From the NCBI GenBank assembly GCA_023134135.1, contig JAGLVB010000004.1, positions 24,233 through 88,232 on the forward strand: DNA of 64,000 nucleotides. The letters are read 5' to 3'. Shown here one piece after another: positions 55,332-64,000 of this stretch (position 1 is the first letter of the stretch; the number at the start of each line of letters is the position of its first letter). Origin of the DNA: Candidatus Aenigmatarchaeota archaeon. Its GTDB lineage: Archaea; Aenigmatarchaeota; Aenigmatarchaeia; QMZS01. A model generated the notes under the pieces. It saw nothing but the letters and a program-made list of their open reading frames with translations. It was not told the origin of the DNA and searched no databases. Both the position numbers and the translations under genes were made by a program.

Positions 55332-55715
55332 TTATATTTTTAGAACCAAATTATTTTTTATCTTTTTAGTTAATGAAAAATTGGTTAATTTAGAAGATTT
55401 ATGTTGAAAAACATCAAATCCTTTTTCATTATATCTTGGAACTAAATGCCAATGAACCTGATTTGCTTCATCCATGTAAATTAAATAAACTTTTTTTACT
55501 TTCAAAGTTTTAAGCAACGCATTTCTAATTTCATCAACTTTATCCATCAAATATTCATAATCTTTTTTTGAAAGTAAATGCAAATCAGAAACAGATTTTT
55601 TCCAGATTATAACTGTATGACCTTTAACTATTGGATAATTTGCCAAGCAAGCATACAATTTTGAATCTTCATAGATTATTGCTTCGTCAAATGGTTTGGG
55701 TAATTTAGTTCTCAT
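55332..55715 (-). CDS. HIT-like (histidine triad superfamily) protein
   Basis: PIVKGHTVIIWKK and QVHWHLVPRY motifs. Start trimmed to MRTKLPKPFDEAIIYED because the track's N-terminal extension runs antisense through the thioredoxin-like gene. Confidence 0.6.
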   Translation of the reverse strand: MRTKLPKPFDEAIIYEDSKLYACLANYPIVKGHTVIIWKKSVSDLHLLSKKDYEYLMDKVDEIRNALLKTLKVKKVYLIYMDEANQVHWHLVPRYNEKGFDVFQHKSSKLTNFSLTKKIKNNLVLKI

Positions 55716-55789
55716 AAAATTAAATAAATTCCTATATAACTTTAGGCGGGATGGATTTTTTGAGAAGTAATTAGACTTGATAGATATAT

Positions 55790-56104
55790 ATGGAAGCCCA
55801 TCTTTTGCTGTTTGTTTCATCGCATTGTTCTCATTGTCCGGTGGCAGAGAGCGTAGTTGAAAAGATTGCCCCAAGTTATAAAGAGTTTGGTTTGTCTTAC
55901 AGAAAAATAAGAATAAAAACCGAGGAAGGCAAAAAGTTGTCCTCAAAATACAATATAATGGGAATCCCCGCCCTGTTGTTTTTAGATAATGAAAGGAATG
56001 AAATAAAACGAATAGTTGGCGCTCCGAGCGAAGATAATTTGAAGAGCAATATTGAAAAAGTTCTTGGGTTGAAGAAGTCTTTCTTTAGTCGGTTTTTTGG
56101 TTGA
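55790..56104 (+). CDS. Thioredoxin/glutaredoxin-like protein
   Basis: LLFVSSHCSHCPVAE (CxxC active site) and IMGIPALLF (cis-Pro loop region), in a ~100-aa Trx-fold-sized protein. Confidence 0.7.
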   Translation: MEAHLLLFVSSHCSHCPVAESVVEKIAPSYKEFGLSYRKIRIKTEEGKKLSSKYNIMGIPALLFLDNERNEIKRIVGAPSEDNLKSNIEKVLGLKKSFFSRFFG

Positions 56105-56255
56105 TATGGCGAGGGTTAAAGATAATTATGAATTGGGTTGAGGATAAGGATTTGTGTCTAATTTATATTAAAATTATATTTATTTTGTAGTTATAATAGG
56201 TTTATCTTGTGGTATTACTAGATAATGATATATAATCTATTTTTAATATTAACTC

Positions 56256-57002
56256 ATGGAAGATAAAATTTTAGCTGGTTTTAAAAAAGATTTTTCTGTG
56301 ATAAAATTGAAAGGGTTTGTAAAATCGCATAGATTACATAATACAGGAATTGGTAAAACCTTTGAGGATTTAATTGGAATTACTGAGAATAATAATTTTT
56401 TGGCTGATTATAAAAATGTTTTGGAATTAAAATCGTCAAGAGAATTATCAAATAGCATGGTAACTTTATTTACCAAAGCCCCACATCCAAAAGGAGTAAA
56501 TTCAATTATAAGAGAAATATATGGAGAATCGGACAAAGAAACCGGAGGATTAAAAATAATTCATACAACCGTTTCAACATTAAAATTTAATAATTTCTTT
56601 GGAAAGTTTGGATTCAAATTAAGAATCGACGAAGATAAAAGAAGAATATATCTTTTAATAAAGGATTTAGAAAAAGACAAAATTGAGAATATTGAAATTT
56701 ATTATGATTTTGAGGATATACAAAAAATAGTTGAAAAGAAATTAGATTATATTGCTTATATTAAAGCAGAAACAAAAATAGAAAAAGGAAAAGAATTTTT
56801 TAAATTTAAAAAAGCTACTTTATTAAATGGTTTAACTTTTGATAAGTTTATCCAATTTATAAAAGAAGGTTTGATTCTTTATGACATTAGACTCGGTGTT
56901 TTTAGGAGTGGAAAAAAAGAAGGCAAAACCCATGATCACGGCTCTGGTTTTAGGATTTTAAAAAATAACCTTGATAAGGTGTTTAAAGTTCAAGAATTTT
57001 AA
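56256..57002 (+). CDS. Type II restriction endonuclease of the MvaI/BcnI family
   Basis: TGIGKTFEDLIGITENNNFLADYKNVLELKSS...VTLFTKAP and C-terminal THDHGSGFRILKNNLDKVF resemble BcnI blocks recalled from memory (GQILERQFGVQENN..ELKG..LTLFHKKP; HDRGPHLRI). Confidence 0.65.
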   Translation: MEDKILAGFKKDFSVIKLKGFVKSHRLHNTGIGKTFEDLIGITENNNFLADYKNVLELKSSRELSNSMVTLFTKAPHPKGVNSIIREIYGESDKETGGLKIIHTTVSTLKFNNFFGKFGFKLRIDEDKRRIYLLIKDLEKDKIENIEIYYDFEDIQKIVEKKLDYIAYIKAETKIEKGKEFFKFKKATLLNGLTFDKFIQFIKEGLILYDIRLGVFRSGKKEGKTHDHGSGFRILKNNLDKVFKVQEF

Positions 57003-57005
57003 TCA

Positions 57006-57263
57006 TTATTTTTTTATTTCTATAATTTTTCCTAAAGAGATTATGTATTTATCTTTACCTTTTTTCAATCCTTTCCATTCTACTTTCATAAAAGGGGCAT
57101 TTTTGTTGTATCCATTTTTGAAGTAGATTTCATCAAAAGAATTTCCAATTAATCGTTTAGTCCAATATGGTTTGATTTCCCTATATTCTTCTATTTTTTT
57201 GCCACATGCAATTAAATCAAACCATTTTTTTAATAAAGTTAAATGTAAAATTCTTTTTTTCAT
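57006..57263 (-). CDS. ASCH-domain (PUA-like fold) protein
   Basis: HLTLLKKWFDLIACGKKIEEYREIKPYW fits the ASCH pattern (..w...I..GkKt.E.R). 85 aa. Immediately downstream of the methyltransferase in the same operon. Confidence 0.55.
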   Translation of the reverse strand: MKKRILHLTLLKKWFDLIACGKKIEEYREIKPYWTKRLIGNSFDEIYFKNGYNKNAPFMKVEWKGLKKGKDKYIISLGKIIEIKK

Positions 57264-57270
57264 TTTGAAT

Positions 57271-58557
57271 TTATTGTTTTTCTAAAATAACTATCCATTC
57301 TTCATTCATTGTAACTGCATGATTCCCAGTTATATTTGTAGGACTATTCAATTTAGGCATTCTTTTGTGAGGGATGTTCCTTATAAATGTGTTATGATGT
57401 TTATAATTATTTTTTGCTTGGAACAATTCTAAAACAATTTCATCTGTTGGTATCTGAGTGCCTTTCACTGTTCTATTACCAACGACAAAACACAAGAAGG
57501 CACCTTTCTTAGTGACTCTATGAAGTTCTTCTACACATTTATCAAAATCAACATAAAAACTTAATACATCTTTTGCCCTTCTAGGATCAATTTTTGAAAT
57601 TTTATTTAATGTTTTTTTCAAAGTTGGCGAACTTAAATAATTCTTTAAATCTTTGGTTGGTATCCCTCCTAAACTGATTTTGTCAATATCTGAAACTGTT
57701 TGTTTGTCATAATCCAACCATTGTAAAGCAAGTCTAGAGAATTGACCATAAGCAACTGTTGTTCCACTGTCTCCGTAAGGAGGGGAGGTAATAATCAAAT
57801 CAACAGAATTATCTTGAAGAGATGTTTTATATCTTGTATCTTCATCAAGGATATGAACTTTACAGTTGTATTTTTCTTTAATAAATTCTTCCATGCCATA
57901 AATATTTTTCTTTGCTTTATTCCTAAATTCTTCTATTGTTTTAGGATTATGTTTTTTTAATGCTTCTGGATTCAATCTATATAATTTATATTCTCTTTTT
58001 CTTGTATTAGAAACATTTCTAACAGTTTCGGAAAATACAATTAAGAAGAAATTTTTAATGTCTTTATTCTTGATTTTTTCAATGTTATTTTTTATTAGTG
58101 TTAAATCTATTATTGCTTCTGGTTTAAACCAGAAATCAATATTAAAAAATTTTGGGGTTTCTATTTTTTTCTGTTTAAAACTGACTTCATTTTTGTCAGA
58201 CAAATAATTTTTAACTAATTTGTGATATTCATCCCATAATTGTTGTGGTTCAATAGGGGTTATTTTAACTTTAGAAATCAATAATGCTAAGGGATTTATA
58301 TCTATTCCATAAACTTCTTTGAATTGAGAATGCAAAATTCCTTCTAATAAAGCAGTTCCAGAACCCATAAATGGATCTAATAATATGTTTGCATTTTTTC
58401 CATAACTTCTAATTAATCTTCGTGCTATCTGAGGAATCATCATTGCGGGATATGTATGATAACCATGAGTAATAGATTTGGTATACTCTTTACGAAAATC
58501 CCATGAAGTATCAATAAACTTCTTTTCCCCCAGATTATTCAACTTTTGCGATAGCAT
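57271..58557 (-). CDS. DNA methyltransferase, probably N4-cytosine-specific (alpha-type motif order)
   Basis: Motif I LDPFMGSGTALLEG near residue 60 and motif IV ITSPPYGD near residue 255. SPPY is the variant typical of m4C enzymes, consistent with MvaI/BcnI-type partners. Confidence 0.75.
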   Translation of the reverse strand: MLSQKLNNLGEKKFIDTSWDFRKEYTKSITHGYHTYPAMMIPQIARRLIRSYGKNANILLDPFMGSGTALLEGILHSQFKEVYGIDINPLALLISKVKITPIEPQQLWDEYHKLVKNYLSDKNEVSFKQKKIETPKFFNIDFWFKPEAIIDLTLIKNNIEKIKNKDIKNFFLIVFSETVRNVSNTRKREYKLYRLNPEALKKHNPKTIEEFRNKAKKNIYGMEEFIKEKYNCKVHILDEDTRYKTSLQDNSVDLIITSPPYGDSGTTVAYGQFSRLALQWLDYDKQTVSDIDKISLGGIPTKDLKNYLSSPTLKKTLNKISKIDPRRAKDVLSFYVDFDKCVEELHRVTKKGAFLCFVVGNRTVKGTQIPTDEIVLELFQAKNNYKHHNTFIRNIPHKRMPKLNSPTNITGNHAVTMNEEWIVILEKQ

Positions 58558-58795
58558 ATTTACCTAATTTTGTTAATTGATATAAACGACCTTTTTTAGC
58601 ATCTTCATTAAGACATTCAATTAAACCCTTCTTTTTTAATTCTTGAAGAAATGTGCTGACATGGTTTAATCTAATGTCAATTTTTTTTGAAATTTCGGAA
58701 GGCATTATAATATCATCACCAATTGCTTTTAATATTTTAAATCGATATTCACTAGATTTTATCAATGATATTGCTTGTATCATATTTTGGTCCAT
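58535..58795 (-). CDS. Winged-helix (ArsR/MarR-like) transcriptional regulator, candidate controller of the RM operon
   Basis: EYRFKILKAIGDDIIMPSEISKKIDIRLNHVSTFLQELKKKGLIECL..GRLYQLTKLG. 23-nt overlap with the methyltransferase start. Confidence 0.6.
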   Translation of the reverse strand: MDQNMIQAISLIKSSEYRFKILKAIGDDIIMPSEISKKIDIRLNHVSTFLQELKKKGLIECLNEDAKKGRLYQLTKLGKYAIAKVE

Positions 58796-58936
58796 AAAGT
58801 TATATTAAATACCATAATATATAATATTATTACATTATTAATACAACTTAAGTACATTTAAAGTTTTAATTTTCAATGTTTTTGCGAAGCAAAAAGATTT
58901 AGGTATCAGAGGAAGAATAATTATTAATCAATCTTT

Positions 58937-59560
58937 TTAAGTTCTATTAACCCCTTCCAAACACCTCTCAATACCCCGATAAAATTCCTCGGGTTTTTGC
59001 GAACCTATGAGAAGACGTTTCCCGTTTTTAAATTCCATCTGAATCCCAAGATTTCCGCTCACATTGTAGGCTTTTCCTTTAAGTCCGTATCGAATACCCC
59101 AGCCCCCGTATTCCAATATGGGATTGTATTTTCTGATTTCATATTTTTTCAGTCTTTCAAAACCTATTCTTTTGAATTTTAGTTGAAGAGGAAAGAAACG
59201 AACATAGATTCCATTTTTTCGCACCTCAGTTGTTAATTTTAATTTATAGAAAAATATTGGGAAAAGTATCCCGAAAACTATCCACAATATAATCATCACA
59301 GAATCTGCCACAGGTTTACTCCCAATAGGATGATTAAATAAAATCTGCTGGATGGTTGAAGACCACACAATAACAGAAGTAATCACAATTAAAACCCAGA
59401 TCCAGGTCTGACGAAATTGTTGTTCCTCTCTAAATATCCGAGTATTTCCTTTTGTCCAGCCCCATTTTTCCATAATTTCTATTGCTCGATTTTTAAGTAT
59501 TAGTTTTGAGAATAAAATGGATTTTTGAATATTATTCCTGAGATTAAAATATATTTTCAA
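58937..59560 (-). CDS. Hypothetical membrane protein with a PH-like C-terminal domain
   Basis: Two TM helices (TWIWVLIVITSVIVW, IILWIVFGILFPIFFY) followed by a beta-rich domain. A more likely start is MEKWGW at 59473. Confidence 0.4.
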   Translation of the reverse strand: MKIYFNLRNNIQKSILFSKLILKNRAIEIMEKWGWTKGNTRIFREEQQFRQTWIWVLIVITSVIVWSSTIQQILFNHPIGSKPVADSVMIILWIVFGILFPIFFYKLKLTTEVRKNGIYVRFFPLQLKFKRIGFERLKKYEIRKYNPILEYGGWGIRYGLKGKAYNVSGNLGIQMEFKNGKRLLIGSQKPEEFYRGIERCLEGVNRT

Positions 59561-59626
59561 GTATAGGTCCTGATATAATTTTCAAATATCAATCAAAATA
59601 AAATTCCCTGCGCAAAAATAACAAAT

Positions 59627-60121
59627 TTATTCCTCCACAGGTTTAATCTCCATAAATTTCTCAAGATTGGTTTTCTCAGGTTCCTGCCCAAAATAATCAA
59701 CAAACAATTTAGTGGTTTTTAATATTTTTGTTCTTCCCATCCTATTCGCCGATATCAATCCTCTTTTTTCAAGTTCATGAGCGTATTCATAAGTCCGGTT
59801 CCCGATTGTGTTCACAAGAATATTTTGTTTTACCGGACCTTTGAAAGCAATAATTGAAAGAGCTTTTAGCAACCCCGGGGATAAATCTTTGTAAGGTGCA
59901 AGTTTTTTGACATCAGGAAGAACCCCGGGATTAACAATTAGCTGGTAGGATTCATTTGCTTCAATCAGTTTTATCCCGCTTTCTTCTCCGTATTTTCCCT
60001 TTAAATCAATAATAAAATTCTTAATTTCTTCTGATGAAATCTGCGTTAATTCAATCAATTCAGCCAGTTCCATGGGTTTTGACTTCAAAAACAAGGCTGC
60101 TTCAACAATCTCTTTTGACAT
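59627..60121 (-). CDS. scpB: Segregation and condensation protein B (ScpB)-like protein
   Basis: IVEAALFLKSKPMELAELIELTQ and a second winged-helix LKALSIIAFKGPVKQNILVNTIGNRTYEYAHELEKRGLI, as in ScpB. Confidence 0.65.
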   Translation of the reverse strand: MSKEIVEAALFLKSKPMELAELIELTQISSEEIKNFIIDLKGKYGEESGIKLIEANESYQLIVNPGVLPDVKKLAPYKDLSPGLLKALSIIAFKGPVKQNILVNTIGNRTYEYAHELEKRGLISANRMGRTKILKTTKLFVDYFGQEPEKTNLEKFMEIKPVEE

Positions 60122-60147
60122 AATATCTTACTGCAAATATAAAAGAA

Positions 60148-61674
60148 TCAGAAGAAATACAGGAATGCAATTATTATAATCAAACTCAACAACCCTTCCA
60201 ATATATGAACTACTCCAATAGATTTCTTCTCTGGGTCAAGAAGTTCTGAAGTGTAAGGCATCCAGATGATTGCAAGGGCAAAGAACAAAAAGGAATAAAC
60301 ACTCATGAAATATAAACTCCAGAACCCAAACACAATAAACATTGATATGAAAAATATCCTGACAATTCCTTTCAACCCAATGGGACCTTTTTTGTAGAAA
60401 AACATTCCCTTGGGAATATTGATTTTAAATTTCTTCTTTTCTTCAGGTTCTTCCTCTTCATCAGAATCTTCATCATCCTCATATTCTTCTTCCTCTTCAT
60501 TAGAATCTTCTTCAACTTCTTCCTCATCAACTATTTCTTCAACTTCTTCTTTTTTCTTCTCTTCTTTTTTCGGAGGCAGTGTTTTTTTATCTTCTTTTTT
60601 TGAAGATTCTTCCTCACCATTTTTTTTCACTTTTTTCTTTTCCGCTTCTTCATCTTTCTTCCGGTCTTTCAAAAGAATTATCTTGATTTTTTCCGGTCTT
60701 TCTTTTCTTGAGAACTTTACATACCCAAGCCCGGGCTCAATTAAGTTTTTTACTTTTCTCGGTTCAAGATTTAATTGCCTTGCTATGAATTTTGCGTCTT
60801 TGTCAAGACTGCACTGGAAACTCAGAATCCCCCCAACATTTGCAAGAACAGTTTCATTAAAATCCGATGGTCTCTGGGATGCAAGGATAACACCTATGCC
60901 ATATTTTCTTGATTCTCTAAGAAGTCTGTTAAGCGGGGAATTATCATACATCAGCCTGTGAGCCTCATCAATAACGCAGAATAATCTTAGTTTCTTGATT
61001 TTTTCAAGAGAATACAAATAATAGGAAAGTTTGCTCAAAAAGAATTCAGCGATTGTTGATTTTACGGTTTCTGTTGGGAAATCCATAAGTTCAACCACAG
61101 TGGTTTCTTCAAGTATCTCTTTGAAGGAGATATTTGTTTTGGATTTAAAAACATCAAGTTCAAATAAAGGTTCTATCCTGCTAATCAGGGAGCCTATTGA
61201 GGTCTTGTTTTTTGAATCTTCCTGCCTGTAAATATTTGCCTCAACATCAGAGAAATTTGGGTAATCTGAGAAAGGACCTTTTTTCTTAAGGTCAATTCCA
61301 TAATCAAGATAACTTTGCCTTATTGCATGCCTTAAAATGGCTTCCTGTATTTCCCCGAGCTGGAATATTTTTTTTATAATATCCGAGATTTCATACACAA
61401 CATTCTCAGGTCTTGATTCCCCGCTGATTTCAAGAGGATTAATGCTAACTTCCCTCAGATTCAAAACATTCTTGGCCAAATCCCCAAATTCATTGTGGAA
61501 GTCTATTATCATGCTCGGCACTTTATTAAGGTTAATCTCATGAATTATAGATTTCAGTGTTTCTGTCTTCCCTGAACCTGATGTTCCGAGAACAACCATA
61601 TGCGAGTTTTTCTCTTTATCAGTGTTCCAGTAAAATGGTTTATCTATTACATTTTTTCCAAGCAGGATTTTCAT
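60148..61674 (-). CDS. HerA/FtsK-superfamily (DUF87-like) P-loop ATPase with an acidic/basic low-complexity linker and C-terminal TM helices
   Basis: Walker A VLGTSGSGKT, Walker B LFCVIDEAHRL, and GVILASQRPSDF. This is followed by ~90 aa of K/E/D repeats and three hydrophobic helices at the C-terminus. Confidence 0.65.
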   Translation of the reverse strand: MKILLGKNVIDKPFYWNTDKEKNSHMVVLGTSGSGKTETLKSIIHEINLNKVPSMIIDFHNEFGDLAKNVLNLREVSINPLEISGESRPENVVYEISDIIKKIFQLGEIQEAILRHAIRQSYLDYGIDLKKKGPFSDYPNFSDVEANIYRQEDSKNKTSIGSLISRIEPLFELDVFKSKTNISFKEILEETTVVELMDFPTETVKSTIAEFFLSKLSYYLYSLEKIKKLRLFCVIDEAHRLMYDNSPLNRLLRESRKYGIGVILASQRPSDFNETVLANVGGILSFQCSLDKDAKFIARQLNLEPRKVKNLIEPGLGYVKFSRKERPEKIKIILLKDRKKDEEAEKKKVKKNGEEESSKKEDKKTLPPKKEEKKKEEVEEIVDEEEVEEDSNEEEEEYEDDEDSDEEEEPEEKKKFKINIPKGMFFYKKGPIGLKGIVRIFFISMFIVFGFWSLYFMSVYSFLFFALAIIWMPYTSELLDPEKKSIGVVHILEGLLSLIIIIAFLYFF

Positions 61675-62033
61675 AATATTAGAGAAATATTATCTTTTAT
61701 CCTGAAATTTGTTGCTGGAATAAGCTGCATATATTCTTTCAGCAGACCTTCTGTAAAAATCTTTTATTTTTTAGAGGATTCTTCATCAAATATACCTTCT
61801 TTAAAAGGTAAGTATCCAGCACTGCCCTGAACTTTTGAAACATTATCTCCTAATTGTTTAAGATTATCTTTAAGTGGGTCCGAACCTACCAATAGAACAA
61901 AAAAAGAATGCATTAAATATAAAATTGACACAAACTATGTTTTTCCAAAAGGAGAGAATTTCTATTAAATGTAGAATAGGGTTGCTAGTTTCAATTAAGA
62001 AAACGGGTTTTACTTCTACTAGGTTCTTAGGCT

Positions 62034-62735
62034 TTAATCTTTATAAGCCACTTCATTAAATTTTACTAGTTTTAATCTTCCTTCTTCTGCTTTAGAAGTG
62101 TCTATTCTATATTCTTGTATTCCACAATTAGGAGTATCTTCTAAAGCTAAAACACTTTCTTCATCAAGATGTTCAAATAATGCTCGAAATATTTTATAGG
62201 GTACTTGATGTGTAACAACCAAAACATTTTTCCCCCCATAATCTCGAGCTAACTTATCCAAAAAACTATGGACTCTATCTTCAACATCAGGATAATTTTC
62301 ACCACGGGGAAGTCTATACCAATATTTCCCGTCTCTTTTTCGATCTTCAAATTCTTCAGGATATAGATCCTTTATTTCATCAGTCTTAAAACCATGAAGT
62401 CTTCCAAATTCTTTTTCCCTTAAACGGTTTTCTTTGAAGATTCTTAAGTCATATCCTAGATTACTAATTACTTCTTCTGAAGTTTGCAGTGTTCTTCTAT
62501 ATGGAGAAGAGAAACAGATATCAAATGCTTCATAATGTGCTAAGTGTAGCCCTGTTTGCTGTGCTTGCCAAAGTCCTATTGGTGTTAATTGGGCATCCGC
62601 ATCCCTAATCCTTTTTTGTTGTTCTAGTAATTCTTCTAGATTATCCTCTAACAAATCTAACGCAACATTCTGTTCTGATTGACCATGTCTGATAACTACC
62701 AAGCTACTTGGCCATTTTAATTTAAGTTTCTCCAT
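62034..62735 (-). CDS. Histidine phosphatase family protein (phosphoglycerate-mutase-like)
   Basis: LVVIRHGQSEQN (RHG catalytic motif) and VLVVTHQVP (second His). Confidence 0.75.
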   Translation of the reverse strand: MEKLKLKWPSSLVVIRHGQSEQNVALDLLEDNLEELLEQQKRIRDADAQLTPIGLWQAQQTGLHLAHYEAFDICFSSPYRRTLQTSEEVISNLGYDLRIFKENRLREKEFGRLHGFKTDEIKDLYPEEFEDRKRDGKYWYRLPRGENYPDVEDRVHSFLDKLARDYGGKNVLVVTHQVPYKIFRALFEHLDEESVLALEDTPNCGIQEYRIDTSKAEEGRLKLVKFNEVAYKD

Positions 62736-62816
62736 ATATCTAAGAAGTAAATAAATTATTTATAACAGGTATTTGTTACTATTTCACAGTTAAGATAAAA
62801 AAGAATAATATTATCT

Positions 62817-62939
62817 CGGGCTCCATAGAAATCCTCTAAAAAAATCTTTGTTTCTAGATAAAATTTTCAAAAATTGGTAAGTCTCTAAGATTCAATTTAC
62901 CATAAAAAATCATTTTTGGATAAGATTTCTATGGAACCC
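62817..62939. repeat. 16-bp imperfect inverted repeat arms separated by ~90 nt in an intergenic region
   Basis: gggctccatagaaatc (62817-62832/33) and gatttctatggaaccc (62924-62939) are reverse complements at 15 of 16 positions. Confidence 0.5.
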
Positions 62940-63058
62940 TATTTTCACAACAATTTCTGCGGTAATGGTGAATTGAAGAGTTTGAGATACAAACTTGGTT
63001 TTTTGTAAAATATTGATTTTCTGATTAATTTGTAAATATTTTAATCTATCTGTAATTT

Positions 63059-63916
63059 ATGGTGAAATATCTAATTGTTGGGGATTTGCATGGGAATAAA
63101 CCAAAAATCCATTATAAAGATTTTGATGCCATAATCGCTCCCGGGGATTTTTGTTCAGATGCCCCAAGAAAATATATGTTTCAGGCATTGAAAGAACAAT
63201 TGGAGAATCCAGATTCTAAGATCAAATGGCAGGATTTAGTTGGAAAAAGAGAAGCTAAAAGAATGATTAAAAAATCTCTTGTTGATGGAAAAGAAATTCT
63301 GGAACAACTAAATTCTTTTGAAGTTCCTGTTTATATTGTCCCCGGAAACTGGGATTGGACAAAAGACAAAAATTCTGATTGGAATTTTCTAAAGCAAAAT
63401 CATTACAAAAAATTAGTAAATGGACTTTCAAATATTGTTGATGTTCATCATAAAATTGTTGATATTGGCGATTATCAGATAATTGGGTATGGAATTTCTT
63501 CCGGTCCTGAATATCCGCAATACAAAGAAGATTTAGAAAGATTGAAACCAAAAAAGTTAACAAAAACAAAAAAAGATTATGAAAGATATTTTAAGAAAAT
63601 TGCTTCTCTTTTTGAAAAGGCATCAAAACCAACAATATTTCTTTCCCATAATGTTCCGTTTAACACAACTCTTGATAAAATCACAGATGAAAAATCACCA
63701 AGATACGGATACCACTATGGTTCACTGATTGCAAGGGAAATAATTGAAAAATATCAGCCATTGATTTGTATTGGAGGGCATATGCATGAACATTTTGGCA
63801 AGTGCAAAATAGAAAAAACAATTTGCGTAAATGCGGGTTTTGGTTCATATGTAAATACCTGGTTGGAACTTGAAAATAATAAAATCAGCAAACTGGAATT
63901 TTATAGAGAAAAATAG
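63059..63916 (+). CDS. Calcineurin-like metallophosphoesterase
   Basis: YLIVGDLHGN, GDF.., VPGNWD and GGHMHE motifs. Confidence 0.75.
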   Translation: MVKYLIVGDLHGNKPKIHYKDFDAIIAPGDFCSDAPRKYMFQALKEQLENPDSKIKWQDLVGKREAKRMIKKSLVDGKEILEQLNSFEVPVYIVPGNWDWTKDKNSDWNFLKQNHYKKLVNGLSNIVDVHHKIVDIGDYQIIGYGISSGPEYPQYKEDLERLKPKKLTKTKKDYERYFKKIASLFEKASKPTIFLSHNVPFNTTLDKITDEKSPRYGYHYGSLIAREIIEKYQPLICIGGHMHEHFGKCKIEKTICVNAGFGSYVNTWLELENNKISKLEFYREK

Positions 63917-64000
63917 GCCTAACATTGCTTTCTGCGAAGTGGAGTAAATATAATATTTAATAAACTCTTTTCTTTATGAAACCAGCAATTGTTATAATTG

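Noticed and set aside
55716-55946. N-terminal extension of the HIT-like ORF running antisense through the thioredoxin-like gene.
   Set aside because: HIT homology begins only after the Met at 55715. The overlapped plus-strand ORF has a genuine CxxC thioredoxin-fold signature.
61737-61910. Approx. 49-aa minus-strand ORF (MHSFFVLLVGSDPLKDNLKQLGDNVSKVQGSAGYLPFKEGIFDEESSKK) and a T-arm-like ggttcggaccc motif in the gap after the HerA-like gene.
   Set aside because: I could not fold the region into a tRNA. The peptide has no recognisable family or strong start context. The evidence is too weak to call.
1-64000. CRISPR arrays, rRNA genes, prophage structural modules.
   Set aside because: Reading both strands, I found no regularly spaced short direct repeats, no rRNA-like conserved stretches, and no capsid/terminase/portal-like ORFs.

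Overview
This is a visibly AT-rich archaeal contig. Archaeal hallmark genes include RadA, aEF-1beta with its upstream Zn-ribbon gene, an rps28e-rpl24e pair, AglB/STT3, O-phosphoseryl-tRNA synthetase, and a tRNA-CAU with two introns. The coding style (small, tightly packed genes and many secreted proteins of unknown function) suggests a small-genome, possibly DPANN-like episymbiotic archaeon; that is inference only. Housekeeping genes occupy about 0-12 kb and 33.7-64 kb. They include an Fe/solute-type ABC transporter, acs, pcm, FKBP, HIT proteins, GNAT, a geranylgeranyl-reductase-like protein, ScpB and a phosphatase.

The most interesting part is a roughly 20 kb island at 13.6-33.6 kb made of five tightly coupled transcription units. 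It encodes at least 11 proteins with archaeal class III (prepilin-like) M-[KR]-G leaders and one FlaJ/TadC/PilC-type platform protein. It also encodes a set of extremely cysteine-rich secreted or anchored proteins. Two of these share an N-terminal module and a Cys-rich stalk but carry different cysteine-protease-fold heads: transglutaminase-like versus C25/gingipain-like. No pilus ATPase or prepilin peptidase is visible in the window. I read this island as a previously undescribed pilus-like surface attachment/attack apparatus.

Accessory content includes:
- two IS200/IS605 tnpA elements with hairpin ends, one carrying an in-frame stop, plus a solo hairpin copy;
- a frameshifted IS1595-family transposase;
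- three copies plus ghost fragments of a Bro-N-domain gene, each associated with duplicated flanking sequence;
- a HepT/MntA toxin-antitoxin pair;
- an MvaI/BcnI-type type II RM system with an ASCH-domain gene and a wHTH regulator.

No CRISPR array, rRNA gene or reverse transcriptase was seen. All family assignments rest on motif recognition by eye and from memory, not on database searches.
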